A stretch of DNA of 64,000 bases from Eukaryota sp. TZLM1-RC (taxonomy: Eukaryota; Protista; Metamonada: BaSk clade). The position numbers and the translations under genes were made by a program. Of the stretch, positions 40,301 through 53,400 are shown one piece after another; the first letter of the stretch is position 1, and each line of letters starts with the position of its first letter. The notes below the pieces were generated by a model. It saw nothing but the letters and a program-made list of their open reading frames with translations. It was not told the DNA's origin and made no database searches. The stretch lies in the NCBI GenBank assembly GCA_040285825.1, contig JAUPSS010000007.1, positions 1,528,624 through 1,592,623 of the forward strand. Reading direction: 5' to 3'.

Positions 40301-43300
40301 ATGCAACTCACCTCATCACCAATGACCATTCAACCAATCAAACCAATGACTACTCAAATGACCATAGCAAGGACTTTAACACCACAATTGTTATATTAAT
40401 TGTCCCACAATGGACTTTAAAGATTTGACCAACGATTGTAATAAACAACCATTGGTCAATATACGAAACTAGGAACTTCATATGAGCCTCAGTAAATCGT
40501 ATCAAAAACGATACTGTTACACTTACAGCAATGGTTTTATTAGTTTGCAACATTCAATTGTATACTTTTTGATTTTTTTTACTATTTTTACAATTTAATG
40601 TTCAAAAATTAATAACTCAATTAATTCAAATATATACAAAATCAATTGAAAATGTAATCATGAGTTTGTACTGATCAAGTAACACATAGCCAACATTACT
40701 CACACACATTTTCACACAAAGTTTGATCACAAGTTGATCACATTAAGTACATAAGGACTACATGCAACTCACCAAATCACACCAATGACCATTCAACCAA
40801 TCAAACCAATGACTACTCAAATGACCATAGCACGGACTTTAACACCACAATTGTTGTATTAATTGTCCCAAAATGGACTTTAAAGATTTGACCAACGATT
40901 GTAATAAACAACCATTGGTCAATATACGAAACTAGGAACTTCATATGAGCCTCAGTAAATCGTATCAAAAACGATACTCTTACACTTACAGCAATGGTGT
41001 TATTAGTTTGCAACATTCAATTGTATACTTTTTGATTTTTTACTATTTTTACAATTTAATGTTTAAAAATTAATAACTCAATTAATTCAAATATATACAA
41101 AATCAATTGAAAATGTAATCATGAGTTTGTACTGATCAAGTAACACATAGCCAACATTACTCACACACAATTTCACACAAAGTTTGATCACAAGTTGATC
41201 ACATCTAGTACATAAGGACTACATGCAACTCACCTCATCACCAATGACCATTCAACCAATCAAACCAATGACTACTCAAATGACCATAGCAAGGACTTCA
41301 ACACCACAATTGTTGTATTAATTGTCCCAAAATGGACTTTAAAGATTTGACCAACGATTGTAATAAACAACCATTGGTCAATATACGAAACTAGGAACTT
41401 CATATGAGCCTCAGTAAATCGTATCAAAAACGATACTGTTACACTTACAGCAATGGTTTTATTAGTTTGCAACATTCAATTGTATACTTTTTGATTTTTT
41501 TTACTATTTTTACAATTTAATGTTCAAAAATTAATAACTCAATTAATTCAAATATATACAAAATCAATTGAAAATGTAATCATGAGTTTGTACTGATCAA
41601 GTAACACATAGCCAACATTACTCACACACAATTTCACACAAAGTTTGATCACAAGTTGATCACATCTAGTACATAAAGACTACATGCAACTCACCTCATC
41701 ACCAATGACCATTCAACCAATCAAACCAATGACTACTCAAATGACCATAGCAAGGACTTTAACACCACAATTGTTATAATAATTGTCCCAAAATGGACTT
41801 TAAAGATTTGACCAATGATTGTAATAAACAACCATTGGTCAATATACGAAACTAGGAACTTCATATGAGCCTCAGTAAATCGTATCAAAAACGATACTGT
41901 TACACTTACAGCAATGGTTTTATTAGTTTGCAACATTCAATTGTATACTTTTGATTTTTACTATTTTTACAATTTAATGTTCAAAAATTAATAACTCAAT
42001 TAATTCAAATATATACAAAATCAATTGAAAATGTAATCATGAGTTTGTACTGATCAAGTAAAACATAGCCAACATTACTCACACACAATTTCACACAAAG
42101 TTTGATCACAAGTTGATCACATTAAGTACATAAGGACTACATGCAACTCACCAAATCACACCAATGACCATTCAACCAATCAAACCAATGACTACTCAAA
42201 TGACCATAGCACGGACTTTAACACCACAATTGTTGTATTAATTGTCCCAAAATGGACTTTAAAGATTTGACCAACGATTGTAATAAACAACCATTGGTCA
42301 ATATACGAAACTAGGAACTTCATATGAGCCTCAGTAAATCGTATCAAAAACGATACTCTTACACTTACAGCAATGGTGTTATTAGTTTGCAACATTCAAT
42401 TGTATACTTTTTGATTTTTTACTATTTTTACAATTTAATGTTTAAAAATTAATAACTCAATTAATTCAAATATATACAAAATCAATTGAAAATGTAATCA
42501 TGAGTTTGTACTGATCAAGTAACACATAGCCAACATTACTCACACAATTTCACACAAAGTTTGATCACAAGTTGATCACATCTAGTACATAAAGACTACA
42601 TGCAACTCACCTCATCACCAATGACCATTCAACCAATCAAACCAATGACTACTCAAATGACCATAGCAAGGACTTTAACACCACAATTGTTATATTAATT
42701 GTCCCAAAATGGACTATAAAGATTTGACCAATGATTGTAATAAACAACCATTGGTCAATATACGAAACTAGGAACTTCATATGAGCCTCAGTAAATCGTA
42801 TCAAAAACGATACTCTTACACTTACAGCAATGGTTTGATTAGTTTGCAACATTCAATTGTATACTTTTTGATTTTTTACTATTTTTGAATCTATAACAAT
42901 TTTATTGTTAATATCTGCAACAACTGAACCAATGTCTTTAAAATTTTGCAAAAATTGCCTGAGTGTTCTTCCCATGTGTTTAATCTGCAATGGAAGAACG
43001 GCAATTGTTTATTTTGAATTAAAAAATTTGATTTGGAAACCGATAATGTCTCAAATGAGTATTTTGGCTGGACCAGACCATTCCTTTAGTGCTGGGCACA
43101 TCTTCTTTTACTTATCCCGAATTTTCGAGCCTCAATAATTAAACCTCAAAAAAGTCAATTTCATTTTGTTATAGTGGGAGAGGGAGAGGTAATCGTTCCA
43201 GAAATAGATTGTAGGGCAGAGGTTGTGCTTTTTGTGGACGTGAACGAAGTGTATTTTTTGAAGAGTTAATCCCACAAATCCCCACTTGATGTCTCTCTCA

Positions 43301-43608
43301 ACGCTGTTTCTCTCATCTGCAACACTGCTTCTGAGACTGAAACACCCTCGATCTCGGTTTACATCTTCAACATCCTTTATTTATGATCCTCTAGTTCCTC
43401 CTCACACTTATGAACTATCTAATCATCCCAATATTCCAGAACTTGTTTCATACGATAAAACACTGCCAAATGGCTTCTATTCAGTTTATTTCTACCGAAA
43501 TGAACATTTAGTCATAAAACCTTCATGTCCTGTACATCATGCATTCAACTACAATTTCTTCACTGTCGAAAAATCGGAACTTTTAAACGAAGTAAAGCTT
43601 CGTAGGTG

Positions 43609-44030
43609 TACCAATGACCATTCAACCAATCATACCAATGACTACTCAAATGACCATAGCACAGACTTTAACACCACAATTGTTATAATAATTGTCCCAA
43701 AATGGACTTTAAAGATTTGACCAACGATTGTAATAAACAACCATTGGTCAGTATACGAAACTAGGAACTTCATATGAGCCTCAGTAATTCGTATCAAAAA
43801 CGATACTCTTACACTTACAGCAATTGTTTTATTAGTTTACAACATTCAATTGTATACATTTTGATTTTTTATTTTTTTACAATTTAATGTTTAAAAATTA
43901 ATAAACTCAATTAATTCAAATATATACAAAATCATTTGAAAATGTAATCATGAGTATGTACTGATCAAGTAACACATAGCCAACACTACTCACACACAAT
44001 TTCACACAAAGTTTGATCACAAGTTGATCA
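43609..44030 (+). repeat. Isolated partial 460-bp unit
   Basis: Runs from taccaatgacc to aagttgatca. Confidence 0.95.
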
Positions 44031-44732
44031 TTATTAACATTAAGCATCAATCCAAAATCAGTCTACTCGACAAAACAACAATAGTAGGACGGTTTGCCTT
44101 AATTAATTTCACTCACATTATTTTGGAGTTGCTATACAAGTAAAATGCGAGAGTTACCCGTCATTTAGTTGATGGGGTTTGTAGTAGAAAAAGTATTAGT
44201 CAAGGGTTGTTGTTGAGTTGTAAAATGTGACTGTTCCAGGAATACAAATTCTATTTTGGAAAACAAAATTTCCAACGATCAAGCCTTAATTAATGTCACC
44301 ATCTTTATAAACTAATTTATTGCTGAACTAATATCCAAATAACTAATTCTCTTTACTATAACAGTATGAAAGCGAAAAATAAGTAAAAAAAGTTCAATTT
44401 ACCTGTCCCAATTATTGTCGATTCATCCTCAAATTCAACCACGCATAGATTAATATTTTAAATTAATTAAAGTGACATTAATTTTCCACTGACATTAATT
44501 TGGCACTAATTTCACACGTTACTTTCGATGATTACTCTCGCTATTCTGGGTTAAGATAAGCAGATATATTAACCTGTTGGCCAGAGAATTGAACCAAAGT
44601 ATAAAGACAAAAGGAACTCATCCGACAGGTTTAGTGTCTGTCTGCAGCTAAATGTGTGCCCGCATCTCTAACCAGATTTTCATCAGAAAAATAATACTAT
44701 AGTTGGAAGAGAAGGGCTTTGGCTGCTGTTGG

Positions 44733-44927
44733 ATGATTAGATGAGTTGCATGTAGTCCTTATGTACTAGATGTGATCAACTTGTGATCAAACTTTGTGTG
44801 AAATTGTGTGTGAGTAGTGTTGGCTATGTGTTACTTGATCAGTACAAACTCATGATTACATTTTCAATTGATTTTGTATATATTTGAATTAATTGAGTTT
44901 ATTAATTTTTAAACATTAAATTGTAAA
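44733..44927 (-). repeat. Inverted partial unit (left flank of element X)
   Basis: Reverse complement of the unit; continues at 50331. Confidence 0.95.
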
Positions 44928-47900
44928 TTTTTTTTTCTCACTAACTTTCAACGTCCTCCTTTTTCTTAACTTGACGTCCTATTGTCGGTTCGATTGAATT
45001 CCTCCAGTCTTAATGTCAGACACTCTCAGTGATACTGACTGGACTGCAAAAAGTACCGAACGTGATCTTGACAAACCAACCTCCTCAACCACCAATCGTT
45101 CTCATTCTCCCCACCTGTCACTCCATGCTGGAAAATCATTGGAAAAAAATTTAAATGAAAATTTTTCTAAACCCCGCCGCAAATGTAGTAAATGTCGAAA
45201 ATCCGGACATAACATTGCAACTTGTCCGCTTATTCAAAAGGAAAAACTGAATGCTCGTGCTGCAACTGCTGATTTAAATTTTTCGTTAACACACAATCCT
45301 GAAAATGAATTTTTAAGTGAGATTCCCGATAACACTCCTATCAAAGAAGATCAAAAGGATGAAAAAAATGTGTTTTTTGTCGAAAGCTTGTTGCTGTCAA
45401 TGATTCTGGTCGACCTTTACTTTTTTGTGATTCTTGTGTTGCTGCTGATCAGCTACGTTGTCCCATTCGTGTTCCTGCTCAGCTTAGTCCGTTGGTTTCG
45501 ATACCTTTTGCTGTTGTTCTTCGTGCCTTTACTGAAAATCTCCGTAAAGGATTATGGGATGTTACGCCTATTTGGAAATTTTTTCTGAAAAAAGATAAAA
45601 AACTTTTATCGAAAAAATCAAATTTTAAAAAAAATGTTTTTTCGAAAGAAAAATTAGTGAGAAAATTAGCTTTAAAAGGACGTTTTGGATCTGCAAAACA
45701 ATGTTTATTTTCTTCTGATTTAGCTGAATGTAATGAAAGCACATTGTTCCAATTGAATCATCTTCATCCAGTTGCTTTAAATAAGCCTGGAGGTGGTGTC
45801 AGACCTATTGCTGTTGGTGAGTCCATAACGAGATTATTAGCAATTATTTCCTTTAAAAGAGTCAAGTCATCCGCAATTAATTTTTTTCGTCCTTATCAGT
45901 TTGCTATCGGAATTCCTGATGGCACAACATGTGCTGCGTTGTGTACAGATTTACTTTTCAATCAAAAAGGCGAAAATTATTTATTAAACATTGATTTTAA
46001 AAATGCTTTCAACTCCGTTTTTCGCTCCAGTATTTTGCAAGAACTTGAACTACACTATCCTCCACTTTTACCGTATTTTAAATTGATGTATGGATCACCC
46101 TCTAACTTAATTTTTCATTCTGAGAATATTGTTTCGTCAAGAGGGGTCAAACAAGGGGATCCATTGGGTCCATTTTTCTTTTGCTTAGCACTGCAATCAG
46201 TTTTGGTAAAATTTAAGTCGGATTTTCCTGACATTCATATATGTGCTTATGCAGATGATTTATCACTTATTGGCCCTTTGTCTCTTTTACAACACGGTTT
46301 ACAACATTTTGTTTTTCTGGCCAAACAAATAGGGTTAGACATTAAATTGCCCAAGTGTTTCATTATTGGTAATCAGCATGCGGAGGTGGCATTCAATGAA
46401 ACTTTTATCAAATATGTTGATTACGAGGAAGATGCTATTCGGTTTCTTGGATCTTATTTTGGAAATAGTGAAAAAGTTAAATCGATTTTGTCAGGTATTT
46501 TGGAAAAAATCGAAGAGCAACTTTTGGCTATTGAAGATCTAGAAATTGACAAACATTTAGCGTTTTCGGTCCTAAATGTGTGTTTTGGATCAAAAATTAA
46601 TCACCTTCTTCGTTCTTTATCTCCCACAATTTCTCATGATTTTGCACGTCAATTCAATACTTTGAGAACAAATTTCTTAGGAAATTTAGTAGAAGTTTGT
46701 CCATCAAAAATTCCTTATCATGCATTTTTTAGTCCTAAATTTGGTGGAGTTGGTTTTTCAAAAGCAGAGTATTTATGCAAAAGTGCTTTTATTGGTGGTA
46801 TGAAAAATTTTCTTTTTGAATGGAAACTTCGTTTTGATCATATTCCTTTAAATGAATCACATCCTTTATTAATTTCTCTTGAAAAAATGGTGCAAGAACT
46901 ACCTGTTGATATTTGGAATAGGAGTTTTCCTTCAAGTTTACCTGCGGTGCCTTCGAGATCTTTCACCAACCTTCATCTTGCTGTTGTGAAATTACAGAAG
47001 TCTGTTCTTATTGGTTTTGAAGACCTGGATTTTTCCAAACGACTTAGTGTGACTAAGATTAATAATCCCGTCTTTGCTGCCTTTTTAGCAGACATTCAGA
47101 ACTGTACTAGTTTAATATCTCAGCAACCAAGGCCATTTGGTCTTCACTTAACAAATGAAGCTTGGAAACAAAACATGCGGTTGAGATTAGGGATGTATCC
47201 AAGTGGTCTTTTGGACAATTCTTATTGTATTTGTAACAAAAAACCTACTGCCAATTTTCGTCATATTGTGAGCTGTAAGAAATTTCTCCAATATAGGTCA
47301 GTTCTTCATAATGCCGTTCGTGATGTGACATATGAGATGTTCAAGTGTTACAATTTTAGTTGCAAAGTAGAACCTTTGTTGAAGCATTATAGTGATGATA
47401 ATCTTTTTAATTCACGTCGAGGTGATTTAATTGCTCCATTTGTGGATTCCTCTCAAGTTGTTGTTGATTTCACTACAGTTGATCCCTTTGCTTTGGTTTA
47501 TCGCGATGATGTTTTACTTAGTAGTAATGGCCATTTAAACAAGGCTGAAGATCGTAAGAGAGATAAATATACTGAGATATTAAATGATTTAAATAAGAAC
47601 CTTTATTCGAAGTTTTCGTTTGTTCCTTTTGCCTTTTCGATTTTTGGCAACATTGGACAATCCGCCATGAATTTCATCAATGATTTTGGTAATTTATGTC
47701 GTTCAAGTGGTAAGAATTTTGCAGAGAATTTATGGAAAAATCGTATCATTTTCGCTTTGTACAGAAGTGTTCCCAAGTACTTGAGTTTAATGATGTCTAA
47801 ACTTTATAAGGATTCATCAAGAGTTGGCGTGGAGAATTTAGTTTCTTATGTGTTTTAGTTTGTTTTGTTTTTATTTGATTCTTTATATAAATAAAATCTT

Positions 47901-50330
47901 CATCCAGAAGAAAATTTTCATTGTACTAAACCAGATTCACTTGATTATTGGCTACAAAATCCTGTCAATGCTTCTGAGGTATTGAAACTGATTCAGCAAA
48001 TGCCTACTGGAAAAGCTTCTGGGCCATCTTTGTTGAATTTTGACATGATCAAATCAGCTGTCGGACAGTGTCCTGAAATTGCTGATGATCTTGTTCTTTT
48101 TTTCAACAATCTTCTTACGTTAAAAATTAAAGTCCCTTTTGAGATGACCAGTGCTCGCTTAATTGCCCTTAAAAAAAGTCAATCCAAAATCCGTCCAATT
48201 GCAATTGGAGAATCGTTTTCAAGAATTCTTGCGTCTCTTGTTTTCAATAGAATTGGAAAAAAAGCCAAGGAATTTTTCAGTCCGTTTCAATTTGGAATCA
48301 AGACAATTGATGGTGCTTCTTCTGCTGCTCTTTCGTCTGATGTGTTTTTTAATTCTAGTGATTCTAATTACATCTTCAATTTAGATTTTAAGAATGCTTT
48401 CAATTCTGTATCTCGTTCTTCCATTTTACCTTTGCTGCAAAAGCATTTTCCTGAAGTTGAGCCTTTTTTCTATTCATTTTATGGAAAATCATCCACATTG
48501 GTCTATGAAAATTTTGACCTGCTTTCGTCTTCAGGTGTTAAACAAGGTGATCCACTTGGTCCTTTTTTCTTTTGTCTGGCAATTCATCCATTAATGTGCG
48601 AATTGAAAGAAAAATTCCCAGAAATAGATATTGTAGCATATATGGATGACATTTCTGTAATTGCTCCTATTACAATTCTGAAACAAATAGCAACTTTTAT
48701 TCAACAGCGTTATGAAGATATTGGTCTCTCATTGAATATCTCCAAATGTTTGATTATTGGCCATGAACCAATTGATTTCTTCATTAATGATGTCAATGTC
48801 CCCTTTATAAATTATGATCAGTCTGGTTTTCGTTTTTTGGGTTGTTATCTCGGAAATATTGATGAAGTCAAAAGCCAACTTTCGACTCTGTTGACTCAAT
48901 TTGGAAATGAATTAGAATCAATAGAAAATTTAAATATTGAGAAACATTTGAAATTCTTTTTCCTCAAAATCTGTTATTCTGGAAAATTTACTCATATTTT
49001 GAGATCAACATCACCATCAATTTCCTTGGAGTTCTGTCGCATTTTTAATGAACAAAGAACTAATTTTTTAGCAAAATTATTGGAAATTGATGCATCTCAG
49101 TTACGAAGCCACCTTTTTTGTGGTACAAATTTTGGTGGTGTTGATTTTCATAAGTCAAGCTACCTTTGTAAAGCTGCCTTTATTGGAGGTGGAAAGAATT
49201 TTGTTTATGAATTTGTGAATCGTTTTCCTGAAAAAATTCATCTCATTGAAAATTGTGGCAGCTCCTATCTTATTTCTTTGCAACAGGAAATTGAAACTCT
49301 TTCACCCAATATTTGGGCTAAATGTTTCCCCTCTGATATTGTGGAACTTCCTTCAAGAAGCTTGCTCTCCTTACCATTGACTTTTGCAAAATTGCAGAAA
49401 AAAATTTTGAAAGTTTTAGAAAACTTGGATTATATTGTACGTCTTAGCTTGGCTAAGGAAAAAAATCCCGTTTTTGCAAACTTTTTGATTGATCTTGAAG
49501 ACAGTTGCTCAAGTTGCTTAATCTCCCAAATTCCCAACATTTACGGCCTTCTACTTAATGATCACCAATGGACCACTGCAATGAGATTGAGATGTTTTCT
49601 ATGGCCTTGTTCATTGCCAAATGATTTAATTTGTCGCTGCAAGAGTGTTGTTACGCTTTCCCATATCTTAAACTGTAAGTATTTTATAACTTATCGCTCA
49701 CTTGTTCATGACTCAGTTCGTGATCAATTATATGCCATGTGCAAAAGTTTCAATATAGAGGCATTTATCGAGCCACTAGTACGTAAGCTGTCTTCAGATC
49801 AAACTGATGATTCCTTTGGTAAAAGAAGGGCAGATTTAGTAGCTCCAGGGATCGATGGTGTTCTCAATGTTGTAGACGTTGTCTCAGTGGATGTTTGCAA
49901 AAATTCTGCTGCTCGTTTAGTGTATTCCGCTGACTCGCCGTTATCTAACGCCGAAAAAAAGAAGATAAAAAAATATGAAGAACCTTTGGCACAGTTAGGT
50001 AGAGTGGAACATGTGAAATATCAGTTTGTGCCGTTTGCAATTTCTCTTTTTGGCAATATTGGACCTTCAGGCTTGCACTTTTTGGAAAATTTTAAAAAAA
50101 GTATTACTGAATAGGTCTGGTAAAACAATGAACTCCACTTTCTGGTTAAATAGAATTGTTTTTGCATTTTCAAGTCTATTCCAACAATGATTTCAAAGGC
50201 ACTTTTAGCTATTGGTGTAGAATATGAACGTAATGCTGTGAGTAGGTTCAGTAATAGTGACGCTTGTTTGGAGGATATTGAATTCTAGATGGTTATTTTT
50301 ATCTCAATAAATATTCCAGTTTTTTAAAAA
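44928..50330 (+). mobile_element. Full-length CRE-like element X (44928-45771 + 47908-50330) interrupted by nested lineage B; 10-bp TSD
   Basis: ATG 45013; CSKCRKSGHNIATC knuckle; CxxC..CxxC after an A7 frameshift; LHP|EE junction; GKASGPS, RPIAIGE, YMDD, VHDSVRD, RAD..DV; TSD aaattgtaaa at 44918-44927 and 50331-50340. Confidence 0.92.
45772..47895 (+). mobile_element. 5'-truncated lineage B nested in element X, 12-bp TSD
   Basis: atcttcatccag at 45760-45771 and 47896-47907; intact VALNKPGGG...YADD...VSYVF frame. Confidence 0.93.
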
Positions 50331-50431
50331 AAATTGTAAAAAAATAAAAAATCAAAAAGTATACAATTGAATGTTGTAAACTAATAAAACAATTGCTGTA
50401 AGTGTAAGAGTATCGTTTTGATACGATTTAC
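50331..50431 (-). repeat. Continuation of inverted unit (right flank of X)
   Basis: aaattgtaaa...gtatacaattgaatgttg...gatacgatttac. Confidence 0.92.
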
Positions 50432-53400
50432 TTTTATTGAAAATTAAGAAGAAACTACTTGAATACTAAAAACAACTACCTACCAACATTGACGATCTTC
50501 TCTTTTCTTTTGAAGTATATAATTAAAAGCACTGTGGCATTTAAAGCTATTCTTCAAAATGACACAACTAATTTCATTTGCTACCTCATTCCATCCAAAT
50601 TGGTCAAACAGTACTTTTGTTTTAGTGTAAAAACCCCCATGAACACTAAAAACGAGAGGAACAATTTGGTTAATTAAATTTAATTCTTTTAAAATTGTAT
50701 ACTTTGCAATTTTATCAGAATAAGCTTTCGAAAAAGCATCACTCCAATTATTACCATAACCTCCAACTATGGTAACATCAAAAGCAATTTTGGTTGACGT
50801 TTGAAAGCCATCAACACGTAACTGCTTATTTAAACCAAATTTAAATTCCTTTTCAGATTCAAAATTATTTAATTCGTTAATAAAATTATTTACTTCGTCA
50901 TGTCTTTGTGTAACCATTCTCGAGACTTTTCTACATTGAAAAGAGTGATCTAAGCCTAGGTCTCCATAACCACACAAAGGACATATCACAAATTGTTCTC
51001 CTTGAAGCAATCTCAGATTTATTAGGTATTTGAAGCAATCATCTGAGAACGTGAAATTTTGAGAAATAGGCAAGACTTTCAAAAACAAGAAGATTGACTG
51101 TCACAATTTGAAATAAATTGTAGTCGTTCACATTCTGATAGTTTTTCCTTCAAAGACTCAATTTCTCCTTATAAAATAAATGAGTGATTTGACGTTGGCA
51201 AATTTTAATTCGTTTGTCCCAGATTGAGTCAAAACCAGCAAAAGAAGGTGATAAAGCTGATAGTAAAACCCTATACTGATCACTTGGAATTAAATTCGTT
51301 AAATCAAGATCACGTACAGCCAAGTATACAGAAACTGAATAGCAAATATGTGCAACTTGGCCCAGATGGAGAAATCCCAATCCACCCAAAGAATGAGGCA
51401 AATAAATTAAATCAAAATTATTTGATTCTTCCAATCCTATTAAGTTGAAATAAGCAACAAATTCTGAAACCCAAAGATGAAAACCCATTCTGGTGGATTC
51501 ATAGGGAACTGTTCGGGCCCAGTACATCAAAATTGAATTAATACAATGTCTAAATATTAAAAATTGATTTTGTAGTGGTAATGATTTTAATAAAAATAAA
51601 CTGGGAATCAATTCATTTTGAACTTTTTGAATTATAAAAGAGGATTCAAACTCAGTAGAACCTATTGGAGATCCCAAACACATGAAATCATCTTCAACTG
51701 AAAACACTTCGGTTTTTGTCAATTTTAATTTCAAACCAATTTGCTTGAAAATTAATTCTAATTCATTTAATAACAACTCAATATTAACTTCTTTTTGACA
51801 AAGAATATAAGTATCATCTAAATAACTTTTAACTTCGACACCTGGATAATTATTTAAAAATGATAATACGTGAATAGTTCCAAGTGCATATAAAAAAGGT
51901 GAAATTGGATCACCTTGCTTGACACCAGTGTTTGATGGAATAACCTGATCATAAAAAATTAAATTTGATTGCTTCCCATATGACCATTTAAAAAAATTAA
52001 CTAAATTGGGAGACTGATCACACAACAACTTATATAAATGATTTCGACTTAAAGTGTTGAAAGCATTTGAAATATCTAAGCAAATTACTTTGTGAAAACA
52101 TTTTGCAACTCTCTTTAGTCTTAGTTCATGAATAATTTTTTCACTGCCTCTTTCAACTTTGACACCATATTGACCTTCATTTGTCAAAAATGAAGAATCA
52201 ACAAAATTAAGTAAATATTTAGATGCTATTCTGTAAAAAATTTCGGAAATAGCGATTGGTCTAACGCCATTATTTGGTTTTCTTAAACCAATCAATTTGG
52301 ATGATAGCAAAACAATTGATAGAGATTCATCCAAAGTTCCATTGATCATATGATCTACCAAATACATTAGAATATCTGCTAATTCATCGTTAATAATTGA
52401 AGGAAAATGAACTAAGCGGAAACCAGTTAAACCTGCTGCTGTACCTTTTTTGTAATTTTTAACAATTTTAATTAACATATTTTTTCTTACTTCAATTTTT
52501 AAATCATTTTCTTGAAAATCACTTAATTCTTCAAAAGGGTGCAATTTTTTCAATTTTTCTATCACATCTTCATTTTTGAACACAACCTTATTTTCAACTT
52601 GAGTTAAAGCATTGAAAGATTTGCTTAAAGATCCTTCTTTTAAAAAATTATTTGATAGCTCTATCAAATACTCAGCAGGTAATGAATTAGTTTTTGATCT
52701 GTTATCATTATGAACAAATTCAACATCATTTAAAATAAAATTCATCAGATCATCGAGAAAACTATCGTAATTTTGAGCATAATTTTTAAATTTCTTTTTG
52801 TACGTGCTGAAAAAGACCTCAAACAACGCTTTTCGCAAATCATTTTCATATAAAATACGCACAATTTTTTTAAAATTAACAACACAACTGCCTTTTTCAA
52901 ATAAACACAAGCTGGGTGATAAGAGTAACCATTTTGATTTTTCTCTTAAATCTAAAGTACAACCACTAATAAATTTTTGTACTTGAAAATAAGTTTTTTT
53001 CACTGGTTGTAAATAAATGTTAAACACAGAGAACGCTTTAAACAATTGAAGAAAAAAATGATCTGATATTGCATAGAGGTCAGTAAAATTTGAACAATCA
53101 AATGTTGAATTATATTCAATATGGAGATAATTATCAACCTCCTCACGTGGTATATCTTTGTGTGATTTACCAAAATGTTCTCTGATACCATTTGCTGAGC
53201 ATAATTTATTGCATTCTTCGATAGGGCATCTAATTATGTTATTTTGTTCCAAGAACAAATCAGAAAAATCAGAAGAGATATGTTGATCATTCATATGTCT
53301 CAATAAGCCTTTCATATCTTTTAGGGTAGCACCGCACTCACATTTAAAAATAAAATCATTAGCAACATTAAAAATAACTTCATTCGAATGGTCAGGTAAA

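Larger units (their letters stand above)
22294..42886 (+). repeat. Tandem array of ~32 units of ~460 bp, interrupted by three retrotransposon copies
   Basis: Marker catgagtttgta recurs every ~459-465 bp from ~22430 to ~42500; units nearly identical. Confidence 0.98.

Noticed and set aside
29513-42852. Repeated 67-aa minus-strand ORF (MLQTNKTIAV...) as a tandem gene family
   Set aside because: Codon 3 is TAA in the left-hand units and the visible variants are largely amino-acid changing; most likely incidental.
22294-42886. CRISPR array, 5S rDNA, U1/U2/U4 snRNA or hammerhead retrozyme
   Set aside because: No unique spacers; only short chance matches (gatcaagt, acttac, cgaaac); no CUGANGA core found.
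45013-45588. Separate ORF1 with a transmembrane tail
   Set aside because: The hydrophobic tail is an off-frame product of an A7 indel; the other frame continues with CxxC motifs into the main ORF.
45492-47858. Single lineage B element with an internal deletion
   Set aside because: The 12-bp TSD and resumption of X show a nested insertion.
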